Below, piece by piece: positions 11,095 through 20,236 of a stretch of DNA of 64,000 nt. The position numbers were made by a program, and so were the translations under genes. Every line of letters starts with the position of its first letter. Position 1 is the stretch's first letter. The notes below the pieces were generated by a model. The model worked only from the letters and a program-made list of their open reading frames with translations. It did no database searches and was not told where the DNA came from. The DNA comes from Desulfatiglandales bacterium (GTDB lineage Bacteria; Desulfobacterota; DSM-4660; Desulfatiglandales; HGW-15): NCBI GenBank assembly GCA_963667015.2, contig CAXXJJ010000001.1, forward strand, positions 800,001 through 864,000. The letters run 5' to 3'.

Positions 11095-11838
11095 ATGGAG
11101 TGTCCAAAGTGCGGATTTGATCAGGCAGTAGGAGTTGATGAATGCCCCAGGTGCGGAATAGTGTATTCAAAAATCCGGAAGTCCCTGGAACCGGCTGCAG
11201 CGCCGGTTATTCCTGATGAGGAAGATGAGGTTAAAGAACCTCAGGGTATCTTTGAGGTTATCAGGGAGCTGCTTTTTGATGTCAGGTTTGAGATAAACCC
11301 CTTTGTATTCGGAGGAAGGGTACTGTTTTTTATTGTCATGATTGTCTGGGGAGTGGTCCTGATGAGCGCATCAATAGAAAGCAACGATGTGGCACAGTCC
11401 TTCTGGCATCTTGTCAATCTGCCCTTTCATGAGGCAGGGCATGTTGTCTTCAGGGCATTCGGGAGGATCATGCATTCACTGGGAGGCAGCCTGGGTCAAC
11501 TGCTCATGCCTGTAATCTGTTTCTTGGTATTCCTGTTAAAGACAAGGGATCAGTTTGCTGCATCCTTTTCCATATGGTGGCTTGGTGAAAACTTTCTTGA
11601 TATGGCACCATATATCAATGATGCAAGGTCTCTCTCACTTCCGCTGCTGGGCGGAAATACCGGGTACTCATCCCCATACGGTTTTCATGACTGGGAGTTC
11701 ATCTTAACCGAACTCGGCCTGGCCCGGCATGATCATCTTCTGGCAGGATGCTCAAGGTTGACCGGCATATTTTTAATGGCCCTTTCATTTATCTGGTGTG
11801 CCTATGTACTGATCATGCAGTATAGGCATTTGAAATGA
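11095..11838 (+). CDS. Zinc-ribbon membrane protein with HExxH (M50B-like) motif
   Basis: CPKC/CPRC N-terminus, LPFHEAGH, GGSLGQLL, HDWEF; ATG after AGGAG. Confidence 0.7.
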   Translation: MECPKCGFDQAVGVDECPRCGIVYSKIRKSLEPAAAPVIPDEEDEVKEPQGIFEVIRELLFDVRFEINPFVFGGRVLFFIVMIVWGVVLMSASIESNDVAQSFWHLVNLPFHEAGHVVFRAFGRIMHSLGGSLGQLLMPVICFLVFLLKTRDQFAASFSIWWLGENFLDMAPYINDARSLSLPLLGGNTGYSSPYGFHDWEFILTELGLARHDHLLAGCSRLTGIFLMALSFIWCAYVLIMQYRHLK

Positions 11839-11967
11839 AATGTTTTTATGATATGGCTGTAAAATATAGATGATATAGCTTGCCTCCAGGATCGAGAGCC
11901 AATTCCCGGCGGTTGTATGGGAAATACCTGTGTAGTTTGCCGGGCTGTTAAGACTCAATAACTGCAA
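11835..11967 (-). pseudogene. Fragment of an AAA_14/DUF4143 ATPase gene
   Basis: QLLSLNSPANYTGISHTTAGNWLSILEASYIIYILQPYHKNI resembles the HTH region of this family (cf. 9178..10329). Confidence 0.55.
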
Positions 11968-12049
11968 TGGCTTCTGCTCCCTTACTTCTTGTTTTCCATT
12001 GCTTTTCTAACCATAAACCACGTACTATAAACCTTATTTGAATTTGCTC

Positions 12050-12595
12050 TCAGCGTTTGCCTTTGCGTAAAAAGCCGTAAAAAGCGCCGATAGATCCGCC
12101 GACAAGATGGCTGAACTGTGAAATCCGGTCAATCTTTAAGGTTGCCGCCACCTCATTTCCGATAAAAAGAACCGCAATAATTATAAAGGTCAGAGGAATC
12201 TCTTTTGACTTAATATTGGCAAAGGAACCGAGCAGAATCAGCATAAAGGCCAGACCGCTGCCGCCAACCAGGGAATTGGAAAATATGGCGGCATTTAATA
12301 TGGCAGTTGTCACGGCAGTAATAAAAAACATCTCCACAAGCCTTGCAGAACCGTATTTTTCTTCAATCAAAGGTCCGATAAGCAGGATAATCATCAGGTT
12401 CCCCATCAGGTGGGGCCACCCTGCATGGCCGACAGCATAGGAAAACAGCCTGAAATAAAATAACGGGTCAAAAAAAGAAAGGCTTGCCGGAGAAGTAAAT
12501 AATCCGGCAACAGCGCTTGAAAAGGAGAGGAATAAAACAGTAATGGAAATTATCGTATAGGTCAGAATAACTGGTGAATTATATTTTATTTTCAT
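12050..12595 (-). CDS. Rhomboid-family intramembrane serine protease
   Basis: HAGWPHLMGN, GGSG catalytic Ser, SHLVG catalytic His. Confidence 0.85.
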   Translation of the reverse strand: MKIKYNSPVILTYTIISITVLFLSFSSAVAGLFTSPASLSFFDPLFYFRLFSYAVGHAGWPHLMGNLMIILLIGPLIEEKYGSARLVEMFFITAVTTAILNAAIFSNSLVGGSGLAFMLILLGSFANIKSKEIPLTFIIIAVLFIGNEVAATLKIDRISQFSHLVGGSIGAFYGFLRKGKR

Positions 12596-12659
12596 TTCAG
12601 GGATATCCTGGTTAAATACATGATATACGGGATGTTTTTTTACAGTACCCGATATGCCA

Positions 12660-13304
12660 TCAAAAAAAGATAAAGGTCTTCAACAGGAAATTCCGCAACC
12701 CGAACAGCACTTTGTCGAATACATTCCATAATCCCGGCATGTTTATTACAATAATCAAAATTATGAAACCCACGCCTGACCGGCCGAGTTTTTCATAACC
12801 GCGCCGCAATTCCTGCGGCAGCAGATATTTAAAAAGATGGCTGCCGTCAAGCGGCGGTATGGGAATCAGATTGAACATGGCAAGAACAATATTAAGGAGT
12901 GCCACTTTCAGCAGCACTGTAACTGCCAGCTTTGCCAGCGAATCGCCGAAAATCAATACAACGACATTGAGCAGCAGGATCATTGCCACTGCTATCAAAA
13001 AGTTTACCGCGACGCCTGCGACCGAAACGCAGATATCTCCCAGGACAGGCCGCTGGTAATTATATGGGTTTACCGGAACAGGCTTTGCCCCGCCTATGAT
13101 AAACGTCCCCTTGGAAAGGATATAGGCAACGACCGGTATAACTACAGTCCACATCGGGTCAATATGGGGGATCGGGTTTAATGTGAGGCGACCCCGGTCT
13201 TTGGCTGTCCGGTCTCCGAAAAGCAGGGCAACATAGCCGTGCGCCATCTCGTGGAGAACGATACTTTCCACCAGCAATGCGATTACAAAAATGTTTACTA
13301 TCAT
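12660..13304 (-). CDS. Site-2 protease (M50)
   Basis: HEMAH, GRLTLNPIPHID, FNLIPIPPLDG. Confidence 0.92.
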   Translation of the reverse strand: MIVNIFVIALLVESIVLHEMAHGYVALLFGDRTAKDRGRLTLNPIPHIDPMWTVVIPVVAYILSKGTFIIGGAKPVPVNPYNYQRPVLGDICVSVAGVAVNFLIAVAMILLLNVVVLIFGDSLAKLAVTVLLKVALLNIVLAMFNLIPIPPLDGSHLFKYLLPQELRRGYEKLGRSGVGFIILIIVINMPGLWNVFDKVLFGLRNFLLKTFIFF

Positions 13305-13579
13305 TTCACTCCTTTTAACAAGGTGAATGTTCTATGGTTTATAAGCATAAACCAGATACCAGGAACCATAAACTGCCTTTTCCCTGCCCGCTTACCCTGG
13401 CCGGCATAACCCGGGCAACAAGGGAAATATTGAATCCTGAATATATCCTGGATTGTTTATTGATAACTGTTCATTGAAAAGAGTTATTTGGTTAATAAGG
13501 AATTGTCCTCTACTACGACTCACTGCGAATTCAAAAAAACGATTACAGCGGGCAAGAGAGGACTTACCCTTTTTTTGAT

Positions 13580-13774
13580 TTACTTAAGTTTCCGGATGTC
13601 TCCACCTGTATTGCCTGCAACCGCTTCATACTCTTCCAGAATTTTTTTAAATTCCGGTACTCCCGAAGAAATATCAGTATTTCTTAATTTTCTTTTCCTG
13701 TCTCTCAAAGGGTACAGATCTCGCCCCAGGCCCAGGTCAATGGCTTTTTGGTTCAACAATTCTGAAACTTTCAT
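13580..13774 (-). CDS. Small hypothetical protein
   Basis: 64 aa ATG ORF, plausible composition only. Confidence 0.35.
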   Translation of the reverse strand: MKVSELLNQKAIDLGLGRDLYPLRDRKRKLRNTDISSGVPEFKKILEEYEAVAGNTGGDIRKLK

Positions 13775-14013
13775 TCTTCAACCCTTTTATAAATCAAGGC
13801 ATCTCCGCTACCACTGGTACGACTACCCCGGTTTTAAAGTTGCTTAATTTATTTCCCTCCTGTTCCATCTTTTGTATATAAGCTTCACACTGATTAGAGG
13901 CATAATCTGAGTAATCGGCATAGGCTTATGATAACACAGCCAGATTTATCATGAATAAAAGTAAAAAGTAAACATGATCTTCTCATGAAATATCTCTCTT
14001 GTTGATCCTTTAT

Positions 14014-16116
14014 TTATGCCGAAGCAAGTTTTTTATAAAGCAGATTCGCAGCATATTTCAGGCCGAGCTCTTCGAGGGTCTTCCTCTCAGGATAACCCGA
14101 ATCCTCATCCCAGCCTTCAATCTCATAAAAATAGCTCTTCCACTGTTCCACACCATCTTCGGTCAGATAGAGTTCTTTGCAGTCCTTCCATTCCCAGTTT
14201 TTTCCATCGTATACCGGTTTTATGTTGTAAAATCCGCAATAGGAGGCTCCGGGTCTATACATGTACCCGTTAAATTTTTCCATCTTTCTGTGCCGGCCCT
14301 GAAGGGCAAAAATTACCCGTTTTAAATTCCAGGCACGTCTCCCCATTTCAAGCCCATCCTCAAAGGTGTGATTTCTTCCGGTGATTGTATTGAGCCAGCG
14401 CGGTTCGGCCTCGGGAGTATAGCCATGGCCCTTAGGGTGATCTGCATTAAACAGTTTGGTATAACCCCAGTCGCAGAATCCAACCGATTCCTTGTAATAG
14501 GTCCAGTAATGCATGCGCCATGCTACAAATTCTGCCTTATGTTTTGAAAAGACACCCGTCTTGTGTGCCTGCTTACCCTCCCAGCTGAAGTCAAACCAGA
14601 AGGGGTTATTGCGTGTAGTACGTTCTGCATGAACCTTTACAAAATCCTCACATGACCATTTGTTTTCACTTTTACCGCCCAGCCCCATTAAACCCACTGC
14701 CGGGTTTGCCAGGTCTATATCATGACTGTTGATGTCCCTTGAATCCATAAGGTTGCCGTAGGCCCAGTCAACCCCGGGCATGGACCAGTGATCCACGTAA
14801 CCCCAGTTGGTCAGCCTGGCCAGGGTATTGAAGTCATCTGTCCGGCCAAGTATATCGGCCATGCGCGCGGTTCCCTCGGCCAGCAGGTCGCCTATTCCAA
14901 AACGGTTTGCAAGGGCGATTCCATAGATCTCCATGAATTCCTGCGTGGCGCGCTTTTTCATATCGAGAGGAGACATGTCATATTTTGTGCCCGGGCCGAT
15001 AACTCCCAGGTCATACATTCTATTCATATACCAGCCAAGGGCAGTATAGGCGGGTACCTCCGGCTGGATCGGGAAATCAGGATTATGATCGGTTTTAAAT
15101 GTGAGGGGCCCCATAAAACATGTTTCCATACCGTTTATACCGAGCTGCTGGACAAGGTCAGTCCCCTTTGCATTAATCCTGAATTTTTCCGCATCGGTCA
15201 TTCCCCCTGCATCCTGGGGCGTAAGGTAGAACCATCCGGCCTCTGCACAGCCATCCGATTCATGGCCGTGAACCTTATCCCGGTTATGACACTTTCTCAC
15301 CTGCCCGCAGCCGATACAGCATGACGATACCCCCTGACCGGCGAAAGGGGGAGGTCCGGGCGGCCACTCCCGGTCATACCAGTCCCTGGTATCCTTCAAT
15401 CCTTTCGGATCTGCTATTTTAATGCCCTTTGTTCCCAGGAAGGCAATTGCCTTGAGGTTCTTGGATCCGAACACTCCGCCGAATCCGCCCTGTCCTGCGC
15501 CGCTTCCGCCTCCGTGAATCAGGGAAGCCACCCTGGTCATGTTTTCACCTGCAGCGCCTATAGTTACAATGGCAGGTCTCTGGAGTGTATACCTGTCTTC
15601 AATTCTCTGCCACTCCTCGCCGTATCTAACGCCGGATCTCTTCCAGATCTCCTCCTGGCATTCCCATGTAGTAAGACCCCACAAATCCCTGGCATCTTCA
15701 ATGGTAACGTGATCATCTACTACATTGATATATACCGGGGATTCGGCCCTGCCAATGACCGCCACACCGTCCCAGCCGGCCATCTTCATAAAGGCCCCGA
15801 ACATGCCGCCGAAATTGCTGTGCCCGAACCACTGTATGGGATAACACTGGGGCGACAGCCCCGAAACACTGGTCCTTGCCGCCCATGGCACCCCTGTCCC
15901 GCTTACCGGACCGGTCACCAGGGCAACCATATTTTTCGGGTGAAAGGCATCCTGCATATCCCAGTCTCCCGGCGCCACGCAGTAATCCCAGAAAAGTGCC
16001 GTGGCTATTCCATGCCCGCCGCCGAATTGTTCATATTTTTCCGTGTCCAGCGCGGTTATCTGTTTATTTGTCAGATTAACTAAAAGTAATTTTCCGCCAA
16101 ATCCGGGTGTAGCCAT
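14014..16116 (-). CDS. aor: Aldehyde:ferredoxin oxidoreductase family (tungstopterin) protein
   Basis: GFGGKLLLVNLT, SNFGGMFGAFMKMAGWDG, GGFGGVFGSKNLKAI, Cys cluster, GDLLAEG, YEIEGWDEDSGYP..LEELGL. Confidence 0.9.
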   Translation of the reverse strand: MATPGFGGKLLLVNLTNKQITALDTEKYEQFGGGHGIATALFWDYCVAPGDWDMQDAFHPKNMVALVTGPVSGTGVPWAARTSVSGLSPQCYPIQWFGHSNFGGMFGAFMKMAGWDGVAVIGRAESPVYINVVDDHVTIEDARDLWGLTTWECQEEIWKRSGVRYGEEWQRIEDRYTLQRPAIVTIGAAGENMTRVASLIHGGGSGAGQGGFGGVFGSKNLKAIAFLGTKGIKIADPKGLKDTRDWYDREWPPGPPPFAGQGVSSCCIGCGQVRKCHNRDKVHGHESDGCAEAGWFYLTPQDAGGMTDAEKFRINAKGTDLVQQLGINGMETCFMGPLTFKTDHNPDFPIQPEVPAYTALGWYMNRMYDLGVIGPGTKYDMSPLDMKKRATQEFMEIYGIALANRFGIGDLLAEGTARMADILGRTDDFNTLARLTNWGYVDHWSMPGVDWAYGNLMDSRDINSHDIDLANPAVGLMGLGGKSENKWSCEDFVKVHAERTTRNNPFWFDFSWEGKQAHKTGVFSKHKAEFVAWRMHYWTYYKESVGFCDWGYTKLFNADHPKGHGYTPEAEPRWLNTITGRNHTFEDGLEMGRRAWNLKRVIFALQGRHRKMEKFNGYMYRPGASYCGFYNIKPVYDGKNWEWKDCKELYLTEDGVEQWKSYFYEIEGWDEDSGYPERKTLEELGLKYAANLLYKKLASA

Positions 16117-16133
16117 AATAGTACTCCTTTCCT

Positions 16134-16280
16134 TTACTCATGGTTAGTCTTTGCCTTTGGGGCCCCAAAACTTTTTGGTATGGGTTTATATTTAAATCTG
16201 CGGGTCAGGAAATCACGCCTCGAATAATTCTTTTTTCCGGATTTTTCAGGGGTGGCTTTTTCGTCTTGAGCCATTGTCAT
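16134..16280 (-). pseudogene. Probable internally deleted Tat-signal gene upstream of aor (48 aa)
   Basis: GGAGG RBS; MTMAQDEK...NYSRRDFL with no hydrophobic region or Cys domain after it; ends 17 bp before the aor start. Confidence 0.5.
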
Positions 16281-16579
16281 AAACGGTACCTCCATTACTT
16301 TAAAAGTTAATGTGGTCATCGCCGCTGTCGGTACAAAATCAGCAGAACCTGTAACAATGTTATTCGATGTAATATGTTATCTTAAACATAATAAGCAGAT
16401 ATTTAATTTTTGTAAATAATAAAGAATCCACCCCTTCCGGGGACGGCATTGTGATTTCAGCAGACCCACCCCCGATTCACTAACACCTGTTCTATTAAAC
16501 CACGAACCACACGAAAAAAAACGTTATGAAAATAAATGTTTCAGGGCCGTCATTCCCGCGGACAGACTGTGTCGTGTAC

Positions 16580-16661
16580 TATTATCGTTTTCAAGCTTTA
16601 TAAACTTTATCAGGCTGATTGGCTTGTTAAGATCAACAAGAAGATCCATATCACTTTTTTG
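16580..16661 (-). pseudogene. Fragment of a minimal nucleotidyltransferase (MNT) gene
   Basis: KKSDMDLLVDLNKPISLIKFIKLEND is closely similar to the intact MNT at 32727..33023. Confidence 0.65.
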
Positions 16662-16758
16662 ATTGCGAAGCGCAAGGTTTAATACCTCGTCGCTTGCGGC
16701 GATTAAACAGATTTATTCATTATTTGATACCCCGCTGCTTGCAGCGGGGCAGTTCATT
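16662..16758. mobile_element. IS200/IS605-derived non-autonomous palindromic element, copy 1
   Basis: About 97 bp, near-identical to 29023..29118; hairpins CCCCGCTGCTTGCAGCGGGG and TCGTCGCTTGCGGCGA, ends AGTTCATT. Confidence 0.6.
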
Positions 16759-16984
16759 TTGCTTTTTTCCTTTTTTTTATGTGCTATGCTATCTTCCCGC
16801 TTTTCACAATATCGCGTGATTCTGTTTTCTTGACATCCTGATAAAAACTCTCCTATACTCACATCTCAAAAAGTGACTTCTCATAAATTCAAATGGCATT
16901 TGAAGTACCTGTATTCATTATTGTTACAGGCTTGGTAATCAGGCGCCTTTATCGACGCTACGATACCGGGTCGGAGGAGGAATC

Positions 16985-17524
16985 TTGAAACCCTGTTTAA
17001 TTATCACAATCTTCATACTTGCTGTTTCATTATCAGGCAGGGCCGCTGAACTTTCCCTTGAAAGCTGCGCTGCTATCGAAGATCCGGGAGAGCGCTTTAC
17101 CTGCTACGACACCCTGGCAGGCCGTTTGCCTGCTGACAAGCCGAAGGCAAATGACACTGCCCCCGCGGCAGTTAACCCGGTAAAACCCGGGGCCAGCGTC
17201 ATTGCGCCGGCTGCCCCTGCTGAAACACAAACTGTCACCGCAGTTGACCCGGCACCGGATGCAGAATCAATCTTCGGTTTAGAGTATAAACAGAAGCCGA
17301 AAGAGGATAAGCTGCAGTTCAGGTGGACCAGGAAAGAGAAAGATGCCCACGGCAAGTGGATCATCTTCCTTGAAAACGGACAGGTCTGGCGTCAGACCGA
17401 TACCAGGCGTATTGACTTCAATAATTCCGAGCAAAGGGTAGTTGTCTCCCGGGGCTTTGCCGGTGGATTCTTTCTGGCAGAACCGGATAGCCGCATTCGG
17501 ATTCGTGTAAAAAGGGTCAAATAA
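16985..17524 (+). CDS. Secreted hypothetical protein
   Basis: GGAGG RBS, signal peptide, C...RFTCYD, Pro/Ala linker, LENGQVWRQ domain. Confidence 0.7.
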   Translation: MKPCLIITIFILAVSLSGRAAELSLESCAAIEDPGERFTCYDTLAGRLPADKPKANDTAPAAVNPVKPGASVIAPAAPAETQTVTAVDPAPDAESIFGLEYKQKPKEDKLQFRWTRKEKDAHGKWIIFLENGQVWRQTDTRRIDFNNSEQRVVVSRGFAGGFFLAEPDSRIRIRVKRVK

Positions 17525-17612
17525 AATGATTCGTGGTTTTTGGTTTGTAGTATATAGTTTTTAAACCAGGAACCATGAACTGTTTTTTCTTCCTGACAGC
17601 CTCCAGCCTTTA

Positions 17613-17658
17613 CCCTGTTAAATCCGCATAGCGGGTTGCAAAGCAACATTTAATAGGG
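17613..17658. repeat. 46-bp branched palindrome, diverged inverted copy
   Basis: Reverse complement aligns with 56549..56594. Confidence 0.75.
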
Positions 17659-17679
17659 TGAAAAGCTTCAGCCTGTTTT

Positions 17680-18615
17680 TTATGAAAAAGCCAGCAGGAT
17701 CACGCCCGCAACGGCAATGACCGTGCCGGCTATGGCGCGGGATGCCGGGCGGTCCCCTTCAAGGAAATAGCTCATGGGCATTACAACCAGTGGGGTCATG
17801 GCAATGATCGGCTGGACAATGGCACTTGGTGTTGTGGCAAGCGCCCACTGGAAACAGATGATGCCCAGGATGGGACCTGTAGCCGCGTGCAGAATCACGT
17901 TTTTTATCTTACCTGTAAATGAATCCTTACGCCTCTCTTCCAGGGGTGGCGTTCGCCAGGGGGCGTGCCAGCGGCTTATAAGCCAGAACGATCCCGCAAT
18001 GAGAATTCCGCCCAGCAGCCGCTCATAGCCCGCGGTTGTTCCCAGGAGTATGTAGTCGCCCACCCCTTTACCCCGCATGATGGATGATCCCCCATCCAGC
18101 ACGCTGAATGCCTTGCGGCTGAAGACTGCGCCCATACTCTGACCCAGGGCTGCCAGCAGCCCGAATAGAATTCCCGAGGCATATTTTCTCTGTACGGCCT
18201 GTTCCTTCACCTGTTCCGGAAACAGGGCCAGGGTGGTTCCAAACAGGATAATCGTTATGGCGATAATCTGAAAAATATTGATGCCTGTGCCAAGCCAGAG
18301 CCACTCTGCCAGACCTGCAAGCGGGGCAGCAACACATTGCGACATCAGAAGCGTTAAACGCGACCCGATGCGCGGCAGCGCAAAAAAGACCCCCACATCA
18401 CCAAAGCCGAAACCGATGATACCGCTGACAAAAAACCAGGCAAAGACCTCGCTCCCGAAATGCAGTCCGCCCCATTGCGCCATGGCACCGGTGACAGCAA
18501 CCGCAAGCAGCAGACGCCAGAAATTAGCCGCGTTTTCCCCTATCTGTGCGATCGACTGCCGCGCCGGGAGCAGGCAGTAACTCCATAACAGGGTTGTAAT
18601 AATGGCTGGAAGCAT
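17680..18615 (-). CDS. DMT/EamA family transporter
   Basis: About 10 TM helices in two repeats; SGIIGFGFGD, ALPRIGSRL. Confidence 0.85.
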   Translation of the reverse strand: MLPAIITTLLWSYCLLPARQSIAQIGENAANFWRLLLAVAVTGAMAQWGGLHFGSEVFAWFFVSGIIGFGFGDVGVFFALPRIGSRLTLLMSQCVAAPLAGLAEWLWLGTGINIFQIIAITIILFGTTLALFPEQVKEQAVQRKYASGILFGLLAALGQSMGAVFSRKAFSVLDGGSSIMRGKGVGDYILLGTTAGYERLLGGILIAGSFWLISRWHAPWRTPPLEERRKDSFTGKIKNVILHAATGPILGIICFQWALATTPSAIVQPIIAMTPLVVMPMSYFLEGDRPASRAIAGTVIAVAGVILLAFS

Positions 18616-18710
18616 TTCAATTCACCTCTTTTAAGCGGCGGGAAAAACTTTCAATATCCCCTTTCGGGGTGTTACATTTACTGAATCCTGAACACTAACG
18701 CGGTTCCGGA

Positions 18711-20234
18711 TCATTTTATTATCAGGGGAGCAGACTTTTTATCATTTGTCTCCCCGCTTTTAACTTCTGCACTTATGGCATAGGCGCCAGCCCTGGGCAC
18801 CGCATTCATTTTCGCCTGGTAATGTATCATGGTCCTGTTTTTCCCCTGGATTTTGATCTCCTTTGACCGAAAGAGTGTATTGCCGTCCCTGCTGATGATA
18901 AAGGAAAAGAGAACCTCTATTTCGGATTCAGTATAGGAAAGATCCGGGGTGAAGCTCAGGTTGATTTTAAAAGGCTTGTTTACAGGAACCTCTGCAGGTG
19001 TTGTATTCAGGGCGTTGATCTCAAGGGAGGGCTCCCAGCTCTCCCGTTCAACTGCTGCAGGTGTTTTTCCTGTGCTGGTATACAGTTCGGCTGTTGCATA
19101 TTGATCCTCGTAAAACGCCCTGGTTGGGGAGGATACGGGAATCATGTTCATCAGATTTTTTTTTCGATTCAATACCCTGTCCTTATCAAGAGAAACGGCC
19201 TTTTGAAAATATTCCAGGGCCTTTTCCTGTTTATCAGTTAAATGGTAAAGGTATGCCAGGCTCATAAAGAGGGATGCATCTTCTTTTTCCGAAAGCAGGT
19301 TCTCCAGTGCCTGGACAGCCTCTTTTTTCTGTCCTGCCAGCCAGTAGCTTATACCCAGCATTATCTTAAAAACGTAATCAGATGAATCCATGCGTATTGC
19401 ATTTTCACAAAACTTTATCGCCCGGGAGTAATTTCCCTGGTAAAACTCGGTAACTCCAAGTGTTTTAGTCGCCTGCAAAGACTGCGGATCAATGTCAAGC
19501 GCCTTTCTGGAGGCAGCAGAAGCCTTTTCAAGCTGTTTCAAAGCCAGATAAAGATAGCCGCTTAAGGCGTAATAACTGCTGTTACCGGTTTTCATGGGCC
19601 ATGCATCAATAGCAGCGGTAATATCCTTAAGTGCTTTATCATAGTCCCCTTTATCAACGTACAGTTTGCTTCTTATGTATAACATATGCGCTTCTGCAGC
19701 CAGCTTGTCCGGTATAGGGGGAGTCCCCAAAGACTCACGAAAATCGGAAAATCTCGTTTCTACATCTTCCTTTAAAACATCACGGCTCGCATTCCATCCC
19801 ATTTTTACGTACACATTGCCTATCTGGTCCTCTGTTTTAGGGAAAGAAGATAAGTCAAAAGAGCGGTTGACATCTTTAAAGGCCTGTTCAATGTTTCCCA
19901 GGTTTCCATAGGCAAGCCCCCTGTAAAAGAAGGCATCCCCTCTCCCATTGCTCAACTGGACTGCCCGGCTGAAAGAATCAATTGCCTTTCGGTTCTCCCC
20001 TTTCCAGAACCAGGCCAGCCCTTCTAAAAACAGGGCATAATCCCTGTACTTTTTCTTTTTTTTAAGTTTTTGGCTCTTTCTGATGGCCTCATCATAGTTT
20101 TTGTTCTTAAGCTCATCAAATATGGAAGAAACCCTGGTCGAATTTATTACTTTTCCTGCATCAACAGGCAATGGTGTGATCATCAAAATAAAAAAGCATA
20201 AAAAATATATAAGCAGGAACCGTCTTTTCATCAT
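18711..20234 (-). CDS. Secreted TPR-repeat protein
   Basis: Signal peptide, multiple TPRs, C-terminal beta-rich domain. Confidence 0.8.
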   Translation of the reverse strand: MMKRRFLLIYFLCFFILMITPLPVDAGKVINSTRVSSIFDELKNKNYDEAIRKSQKLKKKKKYRDYALFLEGLAWFWKGENRKAIDSFSRAVQLSNGRGDAFFYRGLAYGNLGNIEQAFKDVNRSFDLSSFPKTEDQIGNVYVKMGWNASRDVLKEDVETRFSDFRESLGTPPIPDKLAAEAHMLYIRSKLYVDKGDYDKALKDITAAIDAWPMKTGNSSYYALSGYLYLALKQLEKASAASRKALDIDPQSLQATKTLGVTEFYQGNYSRAIKFCENAIRMDSSDYVFKIMLGISYWLAGQKKEAVQALENLLSEKEDASLFMSLAYLYHLTDKQEKALEYFQKAVSLDKDRVLNRKKNLMNMIPVSSPTRAFYEDQYATAELYTSTGKTPAAVERESWEPSLEINALNTTPAEVPVNKPFKINLSFTPDLSYTESEIEVLFSFIISRDGNTLFRSKEIKIQGKNRTMIHYQAKMNAVPRAGAYAISAEVKSGETNDKKSAPLIIK

Positions 20235-20236
20235 TA

